64,000 nucleotides of DNA from positions 12,260-76,259 of the forward strand of contig CAZTXT010000001.1 of assembly GCA_964617735.1 (NCBI GenBank), written 5' to 3'. This DNA comes from an uncultured Candidatus Saccharibacteria bacterium (GTDB taxonomy: Bacteria > Patescibacteriota > Minisyncoccia > Phycocordibacterales > DSPV01). A model generated the notes under the pieces. The model was not told the origin of the DNA. It was given only the letters and a program-made list of their open reading frames with translations, and searched no databases. Below are positions 1-9,691 of this stretch, piece by piece. Made by a program: the position numbers and the translations under genes. Position 1 is the stretch's first letter. Every line of letters begins with the position of its first letter.

Positions 1-2091
1 GCCGGGGTGGTAGGGCGTGCGACCTACAACAGCTTGACCGTTGCGCTTGGCATTGGCTATTTCATGTTCCCGTTGATCCTTTTCCTCTACGGCATCGCAT
101 CACTCAAAGACTTGCACCGGAAGCTATCGACGCTCAAGATTGTGGCAGCGATCATTTTCTTCCTCTCGGGACTCGCTTCGATCGAGGTCATATTCACGGG
201 GCAAGGTGGCTTGGTGGGAAAGCTCTTGGCACTACCCTTCCTCAAATTATTCGGCGTCATTGCGACACCACTCCTCCTTATTACGGTTTTGATAATTTGC
301 GTACTGATCATTTTAGACACCGGTATCAATATCACTCCCCTTATCCAACTACTGAAACTCCCGCTCTTCTCAAAAAAAGATCGGGTGAAGGTTAAGAACG
401 CGATGCAATCAAGCGAAGAGCCAGAAGAGGAAAGCGTAGAGGAAACTAACGAAGAGGATACGGGTGATAGGGCACTCGACGAGCCTGACGAGGGCGAGCG
501 AGAAGTGAAGGTCAATGCACCGATCGCCGCGAAGAAAGCTCCGGGGGGAGAATTTGCAGTCAGCCAGCAGAAGTTCAGACACACCAAACATGTGTTCGAA
601 CCCGTACCGTTGAGCCTCCTTGAAAAAGACCGCGGAACACCCGGGGTCGGAGACATCAAAGGTAACGTTAACATCATAAAACGAACGCTCCAAAATTTCG
701 GCATCGACGTGGAAATGGATGAGGTGACTATCGGACCGACCGTAACGCGCTATGCGCTCAAGCCCGCTGAAGGAGTCAAACTCTCGCGCATCGTCGGACT
801 GCAAAACGACCTCTCGCTGGCGCTCGCCGCCCACCCCTTGCGCATCGAAGCTCCGATCCCCGGCAAGTCGCTGGTCGGCATCGAGGTCCCCAACAGCACC
901 AAGTCGACCGTAGGCCTCGCATCAATGCTCTCCGACGAAGAATTCAAGAAGCCTGAAAAGCCGCTCTTGGTCGCGCTCGGCAAATCGATCGCGGGAAGCG
1001 GTATCTTCGGCAACCTCGCTAAAATGCCTCATCTCCTTATCGCGGGAGCCACCGGATCCGGAAAATCCGTTACGATACATGGCATCACCACTTCCCTGCT
1101 CTATCGCAACTCGCCTGAACAGCTTAAATTCATCATGATCGACCCCAAACGTGTCGAGCTCACGCTCTACAACAAAATTCCCCATCTGCTCACGCCGGTC
1201 ATCACTGAAGCCAAAAAAGCCATCCTCTCGCTCAAGTGGGCCGCGAAAGAAATGGACCGCCGCTATGACATTCTCGAGGCGGAATCGGTCCGAGACATCG
1301 ACTCGTATCATAAAAACGTCCTGATGCCCGCACTCAAGAAAATGGAAGGCAAGGAAAATCGAGTGGATGGCGATTCTCCCAAAATACCCGAGACGATGCC
1401 CTATATCGTCATTGTCATCGATGAATTGGCAGATATCATGTCCACCTATCCGCGCGAGCTAGAAGCGGCCGTGGTGCGCATCGCGCAAATGAGCCGCGCG
1501 GTCGGCATCCATCTGATCCTCTCCACTCAAAGACCGAGCGTCAACATCATCACGGGTCTTATCAAGGCCAACATCCCAGCCCGCATCGCCTTGCAGGTCT
1601 CCTCGCAGATCGATTCGCGTACCATACTCGACACCGGCGGCGCGGAGAAGTTGCTCGGCGCAGGAGATCTTCTCTATCTTTCGGGCGATATGTCCAAACC
1701 ATCGCGTCTGCAGGCGCCCTTCATCTCCGAAACCGAAGTTAAAAAAGTCGTCAAATTTCTCGTGGATTCTTATTCGGATATGCTCTCCGATGAGATCAAT
1801 TTCGCCGAAGGCGATGCCGATCAGAACATACTTTCGATGAACCTCGACGACACCTCCCTTGATGATGAGGACGATCTCTATGAGCAGGCGCGCGATGAGG
1901 TCATCCGCGCCGGGAAAGCTTCGACCTCATACCTCCAGCGAAAGCTCTCGGTCGGCTATTCGCGCGCCGCGCGCCTCATCGACCTCTTGGAAAAACGGGG
2001 CGTCATCGGTGCGGGACACGGAGCCAAACCCCGTGAGGTCATCGGTGCCCCGACTCCTCAAGAAGACGCCGAGCATGCGGTAGAACCCTGA
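1..2091 (+). CDS. ftsK: DNA translocase FtsK/SpoIIIE (5' end probably truncated by window start)
   Basis: N-terminal TM helices, Walker A AGATGSGKS, Walker B VIVIDELAD, C-terminal winged-helix gamma domain (YLQRKLSVGYSRAARLIDLLE). Frame is open from nt 1; first in-frame start is GTG at 7. Confidence 0.9.
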   Translation, partial: AGVVGRATYNSLTVALGIGYFMFPLILFLYGIASLKDLHRKLSTLKIVAAIIFFLSGLASIEVIFTGQGGLVGKLLALPFLKLFGVIATPLLLITVLIICVLIILDTGINITPLIQLLKLPLFSKKDRVKVKNAMQSSEEPEEESVEETNEEDTGDRALDEPDEGEREVKVNAPIAAKKAPGGEFAVSQQKFRHTKHVFEPVPLSLLEKDRGTPGVGDIKGNVNIIKRTLQNFGIDVEMDEVTIGPTVTRYALKPAEGVKLSRIVGLQNDLSLALAAHPLRIEAPIPGKSLVGIEVPNSTKSTVGLASMLSDEEFKKPEKPLLVALGKSIAGSGIFGNLAKMPHLLIAGATGSGKSVTIHGITTSLLYRNSPEQLKFIMIDPKRVELTLYNKIPHLLTPVITEAKKAILSLKWAAKEMDRRYDILEAESVRDIDSYHKNVLMPALKKMEGKENRVDGDSPKIPETMPYIVIVIDELADIMSTYPRELEAAVVRIAQMSRAVGIHLILSTQRPSVNIITGLIKANIPARIALQVSSQIDSRTILDTGGAEKLLGAGDLLYLSGDMSKPSRLQAPFISETEVKKVVKFLVDSYSDMLSDEINFAEGDADQNILSMNLDDTSLDDEDDLYEQARDEVIRAGKASTSYLQRKLSVGYSRAARLIDLLEKRGVIGAGHGAKPREVIGAPTPQEDAEHAVEP

Positions 2092-2092
2092 C

Positions 2093-2449
2093 ATGTCGGC
2101 TCTAACCTCCCGCTCCATCATCAAGTGGGTCGTCGCACTTGTCTCGCTCTCGATCCTGTCTTTCTATGCATACTTCCAAGCGCAGAGCCTCCTGCAGGGG
2201 CCTAAACTGGAAATAACATCGCCCCAAAACGGAGCAACCATCGCATCAAGTAGCCCCGAGATCGTCGTCAAAGGCAGCGCCCACAACATCTCCTTCATCA
2301 CGATAAACGGGCTCCAGATCTTTACCGATGAAGGAGGAGATTTCGCCCGCACATTGTTGCTCTCCCCCGGCTATAATATAATCACCATTGAGGTACAGGA
2401 TAAGTTTAAGAGATCTATCAGCAAGCAATTACAATTAGTCGTTAAATAG
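2093..2449 (+). CDS. hypothetical membrane-anchored protein (N-terminal TM, beta-rich C-terminal part)
   Basis: ORF starts 1 nt after the ftsK stop; one N-terminal hydrophobic helix; no recognisable motif. Confidence 0.5.
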   Translation: MSALTSRSIIKWVVALVSLSILSFYAYFQAQSLLQGPKLEITSPQNGATIASSSPEIVVKGSAHNISFITINGLQIFTDEGGDFARTLLLSPGYNIITIEVQDKFKRSISKQLQLVVK

Positions 2450-2450
2450 C

Positions 2451-3494
2451 ATGGCACTAGCAAAAAAAGAGAAGGTAGCACGTCCCCCGATACCGGAAAA
2501 ATCACTCGCAAATATCGAAGATACGTTAAAACAGATCAAAACGAAGTTCGGTGAAGAGGCGATCATGAAGCTCGGCGAGAAGCCGCGCGTGGACATCGAC
2601 GTCGTTCCGACCGGCTCCATTGGTCTCGACTCGGCACTGGGTGTCGGCGGAGTCCCTCGCGGACGCATCATAGAGATCTTCGGGCCGGAATCGAGCGGCA
2701 AGACGACCCTCGCCCTCCATATCGTCGCTGAAGCGCAGAAAAAGGGTGGCATTTGTGCCTATATCGACGCCGAGCATGCGATGGATCCCGAGTATGCAAA
2801 GAAGATTGGTGTGAAGATCGACGACCTCCTTATCTCCCAGCCCGACACCGGCGAGCAGTCGCTTGAGATCGTAGAATCACTCGTGCGATCGGGCAAGATC
2901 GACGTCATCGTCGTTGATTCCGTCGCGGCGCTCACACCCAAAGACGAGATCGAGGGCGATATGGGGCAACAACACGTCGGCAAGCAGGCACGACTCATGT
3001 CGCAAGCGCTTCGCAAACTGACCGCTATCGTCGCCAAATCAAAGACTATCGTCATTTTTATCAACCAAATCCGTATGCAAATCGGCGTGATGTTCGGCAA
3101 TCCCGAGACAACGCCAGGCGGCAAGGCACTTAAGTTTTACACATCTATCCGCATAGACGTGCGGCGAATCGCACAGATAAAGAAGGGGGACGAAGTCATG
3201 GGTGGTCGCGTGCGCGTCAAAATCGTCAAAAACAAAGTCGCAGCGCCATTCAAACAGACCGAGTTTGACCTCATGTACAACGAAGGTATATCGCGCGAAG
3301 GTGAAATGCTCGCGCTCGGCGAGAAGTTCGGCATCGTTAAGAAATCATCGGGCGGCAGTTACAGTTACGAACCCGAAGGGAAAGAGGAAGTGAAGCTCGG
3401 CCGCGGCTACGACGCCGCTCGGCAGTACTTACGGGAGAATAAAAAAGAGGCGAATGAGATTTTGAAAGAGATCAAGGCAAAATTAAAGGAATAG
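2451..3494 (+). CDS. recA: recombinase RecA
   Basis: Walker [15 protein letters not shown]1/L2 loop regions, full-length ~347 aa, strong family-level similarity. Confidence 0.97.
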   Translation: MALAKKEKVARPPIPEKSLANIEDTLKQIKTKFGEEAIMKLGEKPRVDIDVVPTGSIGLDSALGVGGVPRGRIIEIFGPESSGKTTLALHIVAEAQKKGGICAYIDAEHAMDPEYAKKIGVKIDDLLISQPDTGEQSLEIVESLVRSGKIDVIVVDSVAALTPKDEIEGDMGQQHVGKQARLMSQALRKLTAIVAKSKTIVIFINQIRMQIGVMFGNPETTPGGKALKFYTSIRIDVRRIAQIKKGDEVMGGRVRVKIVKNKVAAPFKQTEFDLMYNEGISREGEMLALGEKFGIVKKSSGGSYSYEPEGKEEVKLGRGYDAARQYLRENKKEANEILKEIKAKLKE

Positions 3495-3749
3495 ATGAAA
3501 TTCTTCAGGAAATCCCTAGGTTCGTTAATACTTATCGTTGGGACTCTTGCCGTTTTGGCATATCTAGCGATGTTTGTTGTTATTTTATTTGGCATGGGAT
3601 TTCGTCTCCCCGATCCAATATCCAATCTGCTTGATACAACATATCCGATAATCTTTTGGCTACTATTTATCGGAGGTGCACTCTTTATTGCGATTGGGCT
3701 AAGACGACGGAGGAAAGAGGCAAAAGATAAATCACTTCCAAGAAATTAG
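3495..3749 (+). CDS. small hypothetical membrane protein (AT-rich, probably horizontally acquired)
   Basis: Two predicted TM helices; local GC ~40% against ~55% background; ATG immediately follows the recA stop. Confidence 0.45.
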   Translation: MKFFRKSLGSLILIVGTLAVLAYLAMFVVILFGMGFRLPDPISNLLDTTYPIIFWLLFIGGALFIAIGLRRRRKEAKDKSLPRN

Positions 3750-3776
3750 GAGAGGACTAAAAGAAAATTAGCAGGG

Positions 3777-4376
3777 ATGAAAAACACGCTTATACAAGTA
3801 ATTCGGGTCATCTGCTTCATCCTTATATCTATAGGTTTATACCCCTTTATACAACTAGTCCTGTGGCTTTTTTCAGGTGACCTTGATGCTGGGATATTTG
3901 TGTTTGCGCTCGAGTCAATCCTACTCTTCATTCTCCCGATTCTTGTAGTTATATTTGTTCATCCTGTGCCGAAGATGGCGGAAGGCATCCCTCCGGCGGA
4001 GTTGTCCGCACAAATTGCCGCGGTCCGAAAGAAACAACGCAAATTCAGTTTGGCTCTGATTGCTGGCACGACTTGGCTTGGCCTTTTGTTTTTCTCTCTC
4101 ATGACTCTTTTCTTTACAGGACTCGCAGGATCAAACGGGCGTGATGTGTATATACTCCCCCTCGCTTTATTTCTGACAATGTTGTTTTTACCTCCCGTGG
4201 TCGGTTTTTATATACTCATCCGTAACATAATTAATAGACACAATAAAGCGGCTGAGCAAAAGACAGCGACTCAAGGTGTAGTAGCTGTTCCATGGGTATT
4301 GATATTAATTGGGGTTGCTATAACATTTTTGTTCATCTGGGTTGCTGTCTCGGCATTTTTAAATCCTCATCCATAA
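3777..4376 (+). CDS. hypothetical multi-pass membrane protein (AT-rich, probably horizontally acquired)
   Basis: 4-5 hydrophobic segments, low GC, preceded by RBS-like GGAGAGGA. Confidence 0.5.
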   Translation: MKNTLIQVIRVICFILISIGLYPFIQLVLWLFSGDLDAGIFVFALESILLFILPILVVIFVHPVPKMAEGIPPAELSAQIAAVRKKQRKFSLALIAGTTWLGLLFFSLMTLFFTGLAGSNGRDVYILPLALFLTMLFLPPVVGFYILIRNIINRHNKAAEQKTATQGVVAVPWVLILIGVAITFLFIWVAVSAFLNPHP

Positions 4377-4383
4377 GAGACCT

Positions 4384-4483
4384 GTTACGCGGCTACGACG
4401 CCGCACGGCAATATCTTCGAGAGAATAAAAAAGAGGCGAATGAGATTTTGAAAGAGATCAAAACGAAGTTGAAGGAAGCATAA
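4384..4483 (+). pseudogene. displaced duplicate of the recA 3' terminus (last ~33 codons), in frame to its own stop
   Basis: Nucleotide alignment to 3398..3494: 41 consecutive identical nt plus flanks differing mostly at synonymous positions; encodes [31 protein letters not shown] against RecA ...[30 protein letters not shown]. Confidence 0.7.
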
Positions 4484-4492
4484 AAGAAAAAC

Positions 4493-4525
4493 GGTGCAGC
4501 ATATGCTGCACCGTTTCGTTTTTCG
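4493..4525 (+). terminator. rho-independent terminator
   Basis: GGTGCAGCA-ta-TGCTGCACC hairpin followed by GTTTCGTTTTTCG. Confidence 0.7.
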
Positions 4526-4749
4526 CGTCACTCTGACGCAAGTTTTGCCGCCTGCGGCACTATCTCTTTGACTCCCCTGAGAAGACATTCCGAACAGATA
4601 GGCTTGGCGCCCAGATAAACGATCTTCTCCGGGGCCTCATGTTCGATCGGATGTCCCCATTGGGCACAAATAGGTATTTCATCCATATATACGTCTCCCT
4701 CTTAAGATATTATTGCATTGCCGCTATATTTTGGCTACAATGGCGACTT

Positions 4750-5316
4750 ATGGCAATTCTTCAATACAACGAAGCTACGGTTGGAACGTTCATCATTTTA
4801 GATGACCAACCGTATGAGGTCCTGGAATCTCGCGTCTTTCGCATGCAGCAAAGGAAGCCGGTCAACGCGACCAAACTGCGCAATCTGATCACCGGCAACG
4901 TCGTTCAGCATTCATTTGCCGTATCCGACAAAGTGGAAGAGGCTGAACTGGATAAGAAACAGGTGAAGTATCTCTACACGAACCGCGGCGAGTATTGGTT
5001 CTGCGAAGTCAACGACGCCTCGAAGCGCTTCAAGCTCGAACCCTCGCTCTTAGGTGACGGCATCCGCTTCATCAAAGCAAATTCACTCGTTGATGCGCTC
5101 GTTTTCGACGAAAAGATCATCGGCATCAAGCTCCCCATCAAAGTAGAGCTCAAGGTGGTCGAAGCGCCGCCCGGCGTCAAAGGCGATACCGCCAAAGGCG
5201 CAAGCAAGCAGATCAAACTCGAGACCGGCGCGACCATCAATGCCCCCCTTTTCATCAACGAAGGCGAAGTCATCCGCGTGAATACCGGCAGCGGTGAATA
5301 CGTAGAACGCGCCTAG
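4750..5316 (+). CDS. efp: elongation factor P
   Basis: MAILQYNE... start, KOW-like N domain and OB folds typical of EF-P; 188 aa. The upstream part of the computed ORF (4639-) is a non-protein-like extension. Confidence 0.9.
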   Translation: MAILQYNEATVGTFIILDDQPYEVLESRVFRMQQRKPVNATKLRNLITGNVVQHSFAVSDKVEEAELDKKQVKYLYTNRGEYWFCEVNDASKRFKLEPSLLGDGIRFIKANSLVDALVFDEKIIGIKLPIKVELKVVEAPPGVKGDTAKGASKQIKLETGATINAPLFINEGEVIRVNTGSGEYVERA

Positions 5317-5330
5317 ATCAATTGTAAGAA

Positions 5331-5356
5331 AAAACCCCGCCGCAGCGGGTTTTTTC
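5331..5356. terminator. bidirectional rho-independent terminator between efp and rpsR
   Basis: AAAAA-CCCGC-cgca-GCGGG-TTTTTT. Confidence 0.75.
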
Positions 5357-5572
5357 TTATCGTGCGATATACGGAAGAAGTCCTAGGAATCGCGCACGCT
5401 TGACCGCAAGCGCTACCTCCTTCTGGACCTTTGCGGAAACGCCGGTGCGCTTGCGCGAGATGATGCGCCCATATGAGTTGAGGAATTTCTTCAGCGTTTC
5501 GACATCTTTATAATCCACATAGCGGATGTGGGAGAGATTCGGCGTTGTGTTGGTTGTTTGATGCTCTCGCAT
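5357..5572 (-). CDS. rpsR: 30S ribosomal protein S18
   Basis: 71 aa, ...[51 protein letters not shown], classic S18. Confidence 0.95.
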   Translation of the reverse strand: MREHQTTNTTPNLSHIRYVDYKDVETLKKFLNSYGRIISRKRTGVSAKVQKEVALAVKRARFLGLLPYIAR

Positions 5573-5599
5573 GACTTTCTCAAAAAATGGATTTAAATT

Positions 5600-6055
5600 T
5601 TAAAACGGTATGTCCTCCGCGTTTATCTCTTCCTGCGGATACTCTATCGCCTCCGGCATTTTCCCTTCTGCACCACTTGATGCCTCTTTCGTCCGGGGTG
5701 CTGCCGATCCAGTGCCCGCAGAACCACTGCCACGCGGACCGAACTGCACGCGATCTGCGACTATCTCGGTACGATACTTTTTCTGTCCATCCTGCCCGTC
5801 CCAGCTGCGGGTCTGCATCCTCCCTTCTACCAAAACCGAGCTGCCTTTTTTAAGATACTGCGCGGTGGTCTCCGCCTGACGGCCGAACACCACGACGTTA
5901 TGAAAATCAGCCTGCTCTTTTTTATTTCCGTCTTTATCTTTGTACACGCGGTTCGTCGCAACGCTGAAACTCGCCACTTGAATGCCCGAGGGAAGCGAGC
6001 GGAGCTCCGGATCGCGGGTCAAATTGCCGATGATAATAGCGCGGTTGAGATACAT
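5600..6055 (-). CDS. ssb: single-stranded DNA-binding protein
   Basis: OB fold, Gly/Ser-rich linker, acidic C-terminal tail ending DIPF; sits between rpsF and rpsR as in many bacteria. Confidence 0.95.
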   Translation of the reverse strand: MYLNRAIIIGNLTRDPELRSLPSGIQVASFSVATNRVYKDKDGNKKEQADFHNVVVFGRQAETTAQYLKKGSSVLVEGRMQTRSWDGQDGQKKYRTEIVADRVQFGPRGSGSAGTGSAAPRTKEASSGAEGKMPEAIEYPQEEINAEDIPF

Positions 6056-6061
6056 ATGAGG

Positions 6062-6544
6062 TTATTCTACCACCAATTCTTCGATGGTCTTGTCGATCTC
6101 GGCTTCGGTCATCGTGGGAGTCGTTTTCCCTTCTGGTTTCTGCGTCTCGCGCTTCGGAGCGTCTTTGCGCCAGAACGCGGGTTTGGCCGGGAACTTCGCC
6201 TCACGATCGGTTTTGACGATCAAAAATCGCACGATGCCGCCCTCATGCTCAACATCGGTCTTTATATCCGCGAGCGTATCCGAACCGGATTCAAATTTCA
6301 CCCACCCGAAGTAGGCACTTGAGTATTTCTCATTCTTGCCTCCCAGAGGCTTGGTAAGAACATACGAGAGCTGCCTGAATTTAGGAAATTCTTCGGAAAG
6401 AATGTACGCCCCTTTTTTCTCTACGATAGCGCGTATGCGGGTCGCCTGTTCAGCGACTTTCTCTTCGGAGATAGTGGGCGAAACCAAAAAAGCGAGCTCG
6501 TAGACTCGCACCGGCGCCTTGTCCTCTTCGTTCCCTTCAGTCAT
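6062..6544 (-). CDS. rpsF: 30S ribosomal protein S6 with extended C-terminal tail
   Basis: YELAFLVSP...RQLSYVL matches S6 core; conserved rpsF-ssb-rpsR synteny. Confidence 0.85.
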   Translation of the reverse strand: MTEGNEEDKAPVRVYELAFLVSPTISEEKVAEQATRIRAIVEKKGAYILSEEFPKFRQLSYVLTKPLGGKNEKYSSAYFGWVKFESGSDTLADIKTDVEHEGGIVRFLIVKTDREAKFPAKPAFWRKDAPKRETQKPEGKTTPTMTEAEIDKTIEELVVE

Positions 6545-6596
6545 AGGTTCTAAAGCCTAGCATATCAAATACTTTGAATCAAGAAGCGCTCTGGCC

Positions 6597-7412
6597 TTAA
6601 AGGCCGAAGAACTTCCCGGCATTCGCCGCCACATGTGTCCGTACATTCTCGGCTGGCATTCCCTTTACGGCAGCCAATCGTTCGACGACATAGGCCACGA
6701 AGCGCGGCTCATTGCGTTTGCCCCGGTGGGGCTCGGGCGCAACATAGGGCGCGTCGGTTTCGGACATGATCCGATCGAGTGGGAGGAACTTTATCACCTC
6801 GTCATAATTGTGCGTGAACGTGATAACTCCGGTAAAAGAAAAAGAACATCCTAACTCCAGAAATGGTTTTGCGTCCTCAAGTGTCCCTGCGAAGAAATGC
6901 AGATTGGCCGGAACGCGCGCGTTGGCTTTAAGCAGCGCGTAGGCATCCGCGTACGCATTCCGGATGTGCAACATCAGCGGCTTTTCTAGCTCATTGGCAA
7001 GCTGTATCTGCTGCAGAAATATTTCCTGCTGGCGCACCTTCGTATCAGGCTCAAGCCGGAAATAATCGAGGCCGCACTCTCCAATAGCGACCACTTTTTT
7101 ATCCGCCGCCATCGAACGATAGAGATCCATATCGAAAACTTCCTCACGGGAAGTGAATTCCGCACCGCCCTCACCCAATTCGTTGGTGTCGTGAAAAGAC
7201 TTAGCCGTATGGATCGGGTGGAGACCCACCGCGGCAAAAAGCCCGTCATAGGTGCGCGCGAGGGTGAGAGCAGTGTGAGAGGTAGCGGCTTGCGTACCGA
7301 CATTGATGGCCCAGACACCGGCTTCAAGCGTTCGGCGTATAACCCGCTCGCGGTCCGGCTCAAAAGCGGCAAAGTTGAGGTGCGTATGGACGTCTACATA
7401 GTCGGGTTTCAT
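6597..7412 (-). CDS. tatD: TatD-family metal-dependent hydrolase/DNase
   Basis: N-terminal VDVHTHL metal-binding motif, TIM-barrel hydrolase length 271 aa. Confidence 0.85.
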   Translation of the reverse strand: MKPDYVDVHTHLNFAAFEPDRERVIRRTLEAGVWAINVGTQAATSHTALTLARTYDGLFAAVGLHPIHTAKSFHDTNELGEGGAEFTSREEVFDMDLYRSMAADKKVVAIGECGLDYFRLEPDTKVRQQEIFLQQIQLANELEKPLMLHIRNAYADAYALLKANARVPANLHFFAGTLEDAKPFLELGCSFSFTGVITFTHNYDEVIKFLPLDRIMSETDAPYVAPEPHRGKRNEPRFVAYVVERLAAVKGMPAENVRTHVAANAGKFFGL

Positions 7413-7436
7413 ACAGGAATGATAGCACGAGGAAAG

Positions 7437-8195
7437 CTACTTCTTCCCTCTGCCTCCCTTCTTCCACGGAGCATTGGCAAGGAACGGACCATAGAGATCC
7501 TCCTCAAGGGGAATATCGAGTGTCTTCGTCTTGTCGCGAGGGCGAAAGGGTTTATTCGTGAATCTCAAAAAAGAAACGTCTGTGATAAGCGCGAGCGGCG
7601 TGCATTCGCTCCCCTCGCCCATCACTACCACAGCAGCCGCAGCGAGCGAGTCTACATAATTCGCCTGAGAGAATTTGAACGTCCGTCCAAAGAGGTCCGG
7701 TTCATGACGATAATCATGCAAAGGCTCGAATCCAAAGCTCCCGAGCGAGATACCGACGACGCCGCGCCGCAGCGGTATCGTGTGCGAGTCGGTGATGAGC
7801 ACGCCACATTCTTTCACTTTGTAGGTCTTCCGCAGCCAGCGCTGGATATCGGCAGCGACACCATTCGAATCTTTTGGCCATAATATATAGTACCCGTTCG
7901 CGTTGGACTCATCTATTCCTGATGACGGAATGAAAATGTTTTCCTTAAGGGTATGCATGACATATCCTCCCGGCACAAAATCGCGGGAAAGATACGCATC
8001 GGCCTCTTCGATGATGAGCTCGTCTTTTTTGCGCGATATGATCGGTAAGCATCGCCCTTGCGCAATAGCGACGACTTTCGAAGTTACAACAAAAATGCTC
8101 TTTTCGGGAAGACGTTTCAGTGACGCGCGGATAACTGCCCGCAAGTCATCTTTCGGCGGCAAAAGGCGCCTGGTCTTTATAGGCTTTATCACCAT
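7437..8195 (-). CDS. CofE-like (F420-0:gamma-glutamyl ligase family) protein, possibly a folate/cofactor gamma-glutamyl ligase
   Basis: Family resemblance (VVTSKVVAIAQGR..., SSGIDESNANG...); no F420 pathway visible, so function is uncertain. Confidence 0.45.
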   Translation of the reverse strand: MVIKPIKTRRLLPPKDDLRAVIRASLKRLPEKSIFVVTSKVVAIAQGRCLPIISRKKDELIIEEADAYLSRDFVPGGYVMHTLKENIFIPSSGIDESNANGYYILWPKDSNGVAADIQRWLRKTYKVKECGVLITDSHTIPLRRGVVGISLGSFGFEPLHDYRHEPDLFGRTFKFSQANYVDSLAAAAVVVMGEGSECTPLALITDVSFLRFTNKPFRPRDKTKTLDIPLEEDLYGPFLANAPWKKGGRGKK

Positions 8196-8213
8196 TACCG
8201 CGATACTGTAACA

Positions 8214-9686
8214 CTACTCTTTGCGTGGGAAAAGCGGAGTGTCCGGAGATTTATGATTGGATAATAAATCCTTTATTTTCTTTGCTGTCACTGGCATAAA
8301 AGGTAAGAGAAGGTCAGAAATCAATTTTAGATCGTAGAGAAGAAATTGAATTTCAGTCTTTGCTTGGGAATAATTAATTTTAATCTTTTTGAAGGGTTGA
8401 TTTGATTGTATTGAACGGTCAGCCCAAGAAATAACATCCCAAATCGAACTTATTGCCTCTGAGAGATTGCATATTTCCATTGCTTTCCTATATTTCTTAA
8501 CGAAAACATCATTCTCGTTTCTCGTAAGATTCTGATCAGAAAGAATATTATAATTACTTGCCATCTTCATGACGCGACTGACGAGATTCCCGATACCATT
8601 CGCTAAGTTCGCGTTGTACCATTCCTTCAATTTCTCTTTTGAAACTGCGGTGTCTTCGAAGGGATGGAACTCGCGAAGCACGAAGTAGCGCAACGCTTCA
8701 GTTCCATATTCTTTCACGATATCGAGCGGATCTACGACATTCCCCAGCGCTTTGGACATTTTCATCCCGCCGTCGCCGAGAACAAAACCGTCGACGATGA
8801 TCTGGTAGGTAGGAGACAAATCTGCAGCCATAAGCATCGCCTGCCACATCAGTCCCTGGAATCTCGTATTATCCTTGCCACAGTACTGCGTCGGCGTACC
8901 CTCCACCCAAAATCTCTTGAAATCCCCTTTTTCGTCCGGCCAGCCAAGCGTCGAGACATAGTTGACCAGCGCATCGAACCAGACATACATCACCTGCTCG
9001 GAATCGTCGGGGACTGGAATACCCCACGGCAATTTCGATTTAAGGCGTGAGATGCTGAAATCCTTGAGCCCGCGCTTGATGAACTCGCGCAATTCGTTGA
9101 GACGATAGGAAGGGACGACAAAATCAGGATGAGCGTCATAAAACGCGAGGAGTTTGTCCCCGAAGACGCTCAATTTGAAGAAATAATTCTCTTCGTTGAT
9201 GATTTCGGGGACGCGGTCATGGATCGGACATTTCCCATTGACGAGCTCGCTGTCGGTCTTCTCTTCCTCGCAACCGATGCAGTATTTCGCTTGGTAATTC
9301 TTTTTGTAAACATATCCGTTCTGGTCGCACCGCCGCCAAAATTCCTGTGCGGCTTTTATATGATGGGCATCGGTCGTGCGAATGTAGTGAGCGTCTTCTG
9401 ACACACCGAGTTTCTGAAGCGTCTTTCGGTAGAGCGTGGCATATTCATCGACGAATTGCTGCACCTCCTTTCCTGCTTTTTGCGCCGCCTCGAATATCTT
9501 CATGCCATGCTCGTCGGTTCCGGTGTTGAAAAAAACTTCAAAACCAAGCGACTTCCGGTAGCGCGCAACGGCATCCGCGCGAATGATCTCCGTCGCATGC
9601 CCCAAATGCAGCGGTGCATTCACATATGGAAGCGTGGTCGTGATATAGAACGAGCGCGAAGCGCCTGTCTCACCTTTTTTCTTCAT
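8214..9686 (-). CDS. metG: methionine--tRNA ligase
   Basis: HLGH (HIGH) motif, KMSKALGNVVDP (KMSKS), zinc knuckle CIGCEE...CPIHD, anticodon-binding C-terminal domain. Confidence 0.95.
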   Translation of the reverse strand: MKKKGETGASRSFYITTTLPYVNAPLHLGHATEIIRADAVARYRKSLGFEVFFNTGTDEHGMKIFEAAQKAGKEVQQFVDEYATLYRKTLQKLGVSEDAHYIRTTDAHHIKAAQEFWRRCDQNGYVYKKNYQAKYCIGCEEEKTDSELVNGKCPIHDRVPEIINEENYFFKLSVFGDKLLAFYDAHPDFVVPSYRLNELREFIKRGLKDFSISRLKSKLPWGIPVPDDSEQVMYVWFDALVNYVSTLGWPDEKGDFKRFWVEGTPTQYCGKDNTRFQGLMWQAMLMAADLSPTYQIIVDGFVLGDGGMKMSKALGNVVDPLDIVKEYGTEALRYFVLREFHPFEDTAVSKEKLKEWYNANLANGIGNLVSRVMKMASNYNILSDQNLTRNENDVFVKKYRKAMEICNLSEAISSIWDVISWADRSIQSNQPFKKIKINYSQAKTEIQFLLYDLKLISDLLLPFMPVTAKKIKDLLSNHKSPDTPLFPRKE

Positions 9687-9691
9687 ATACG

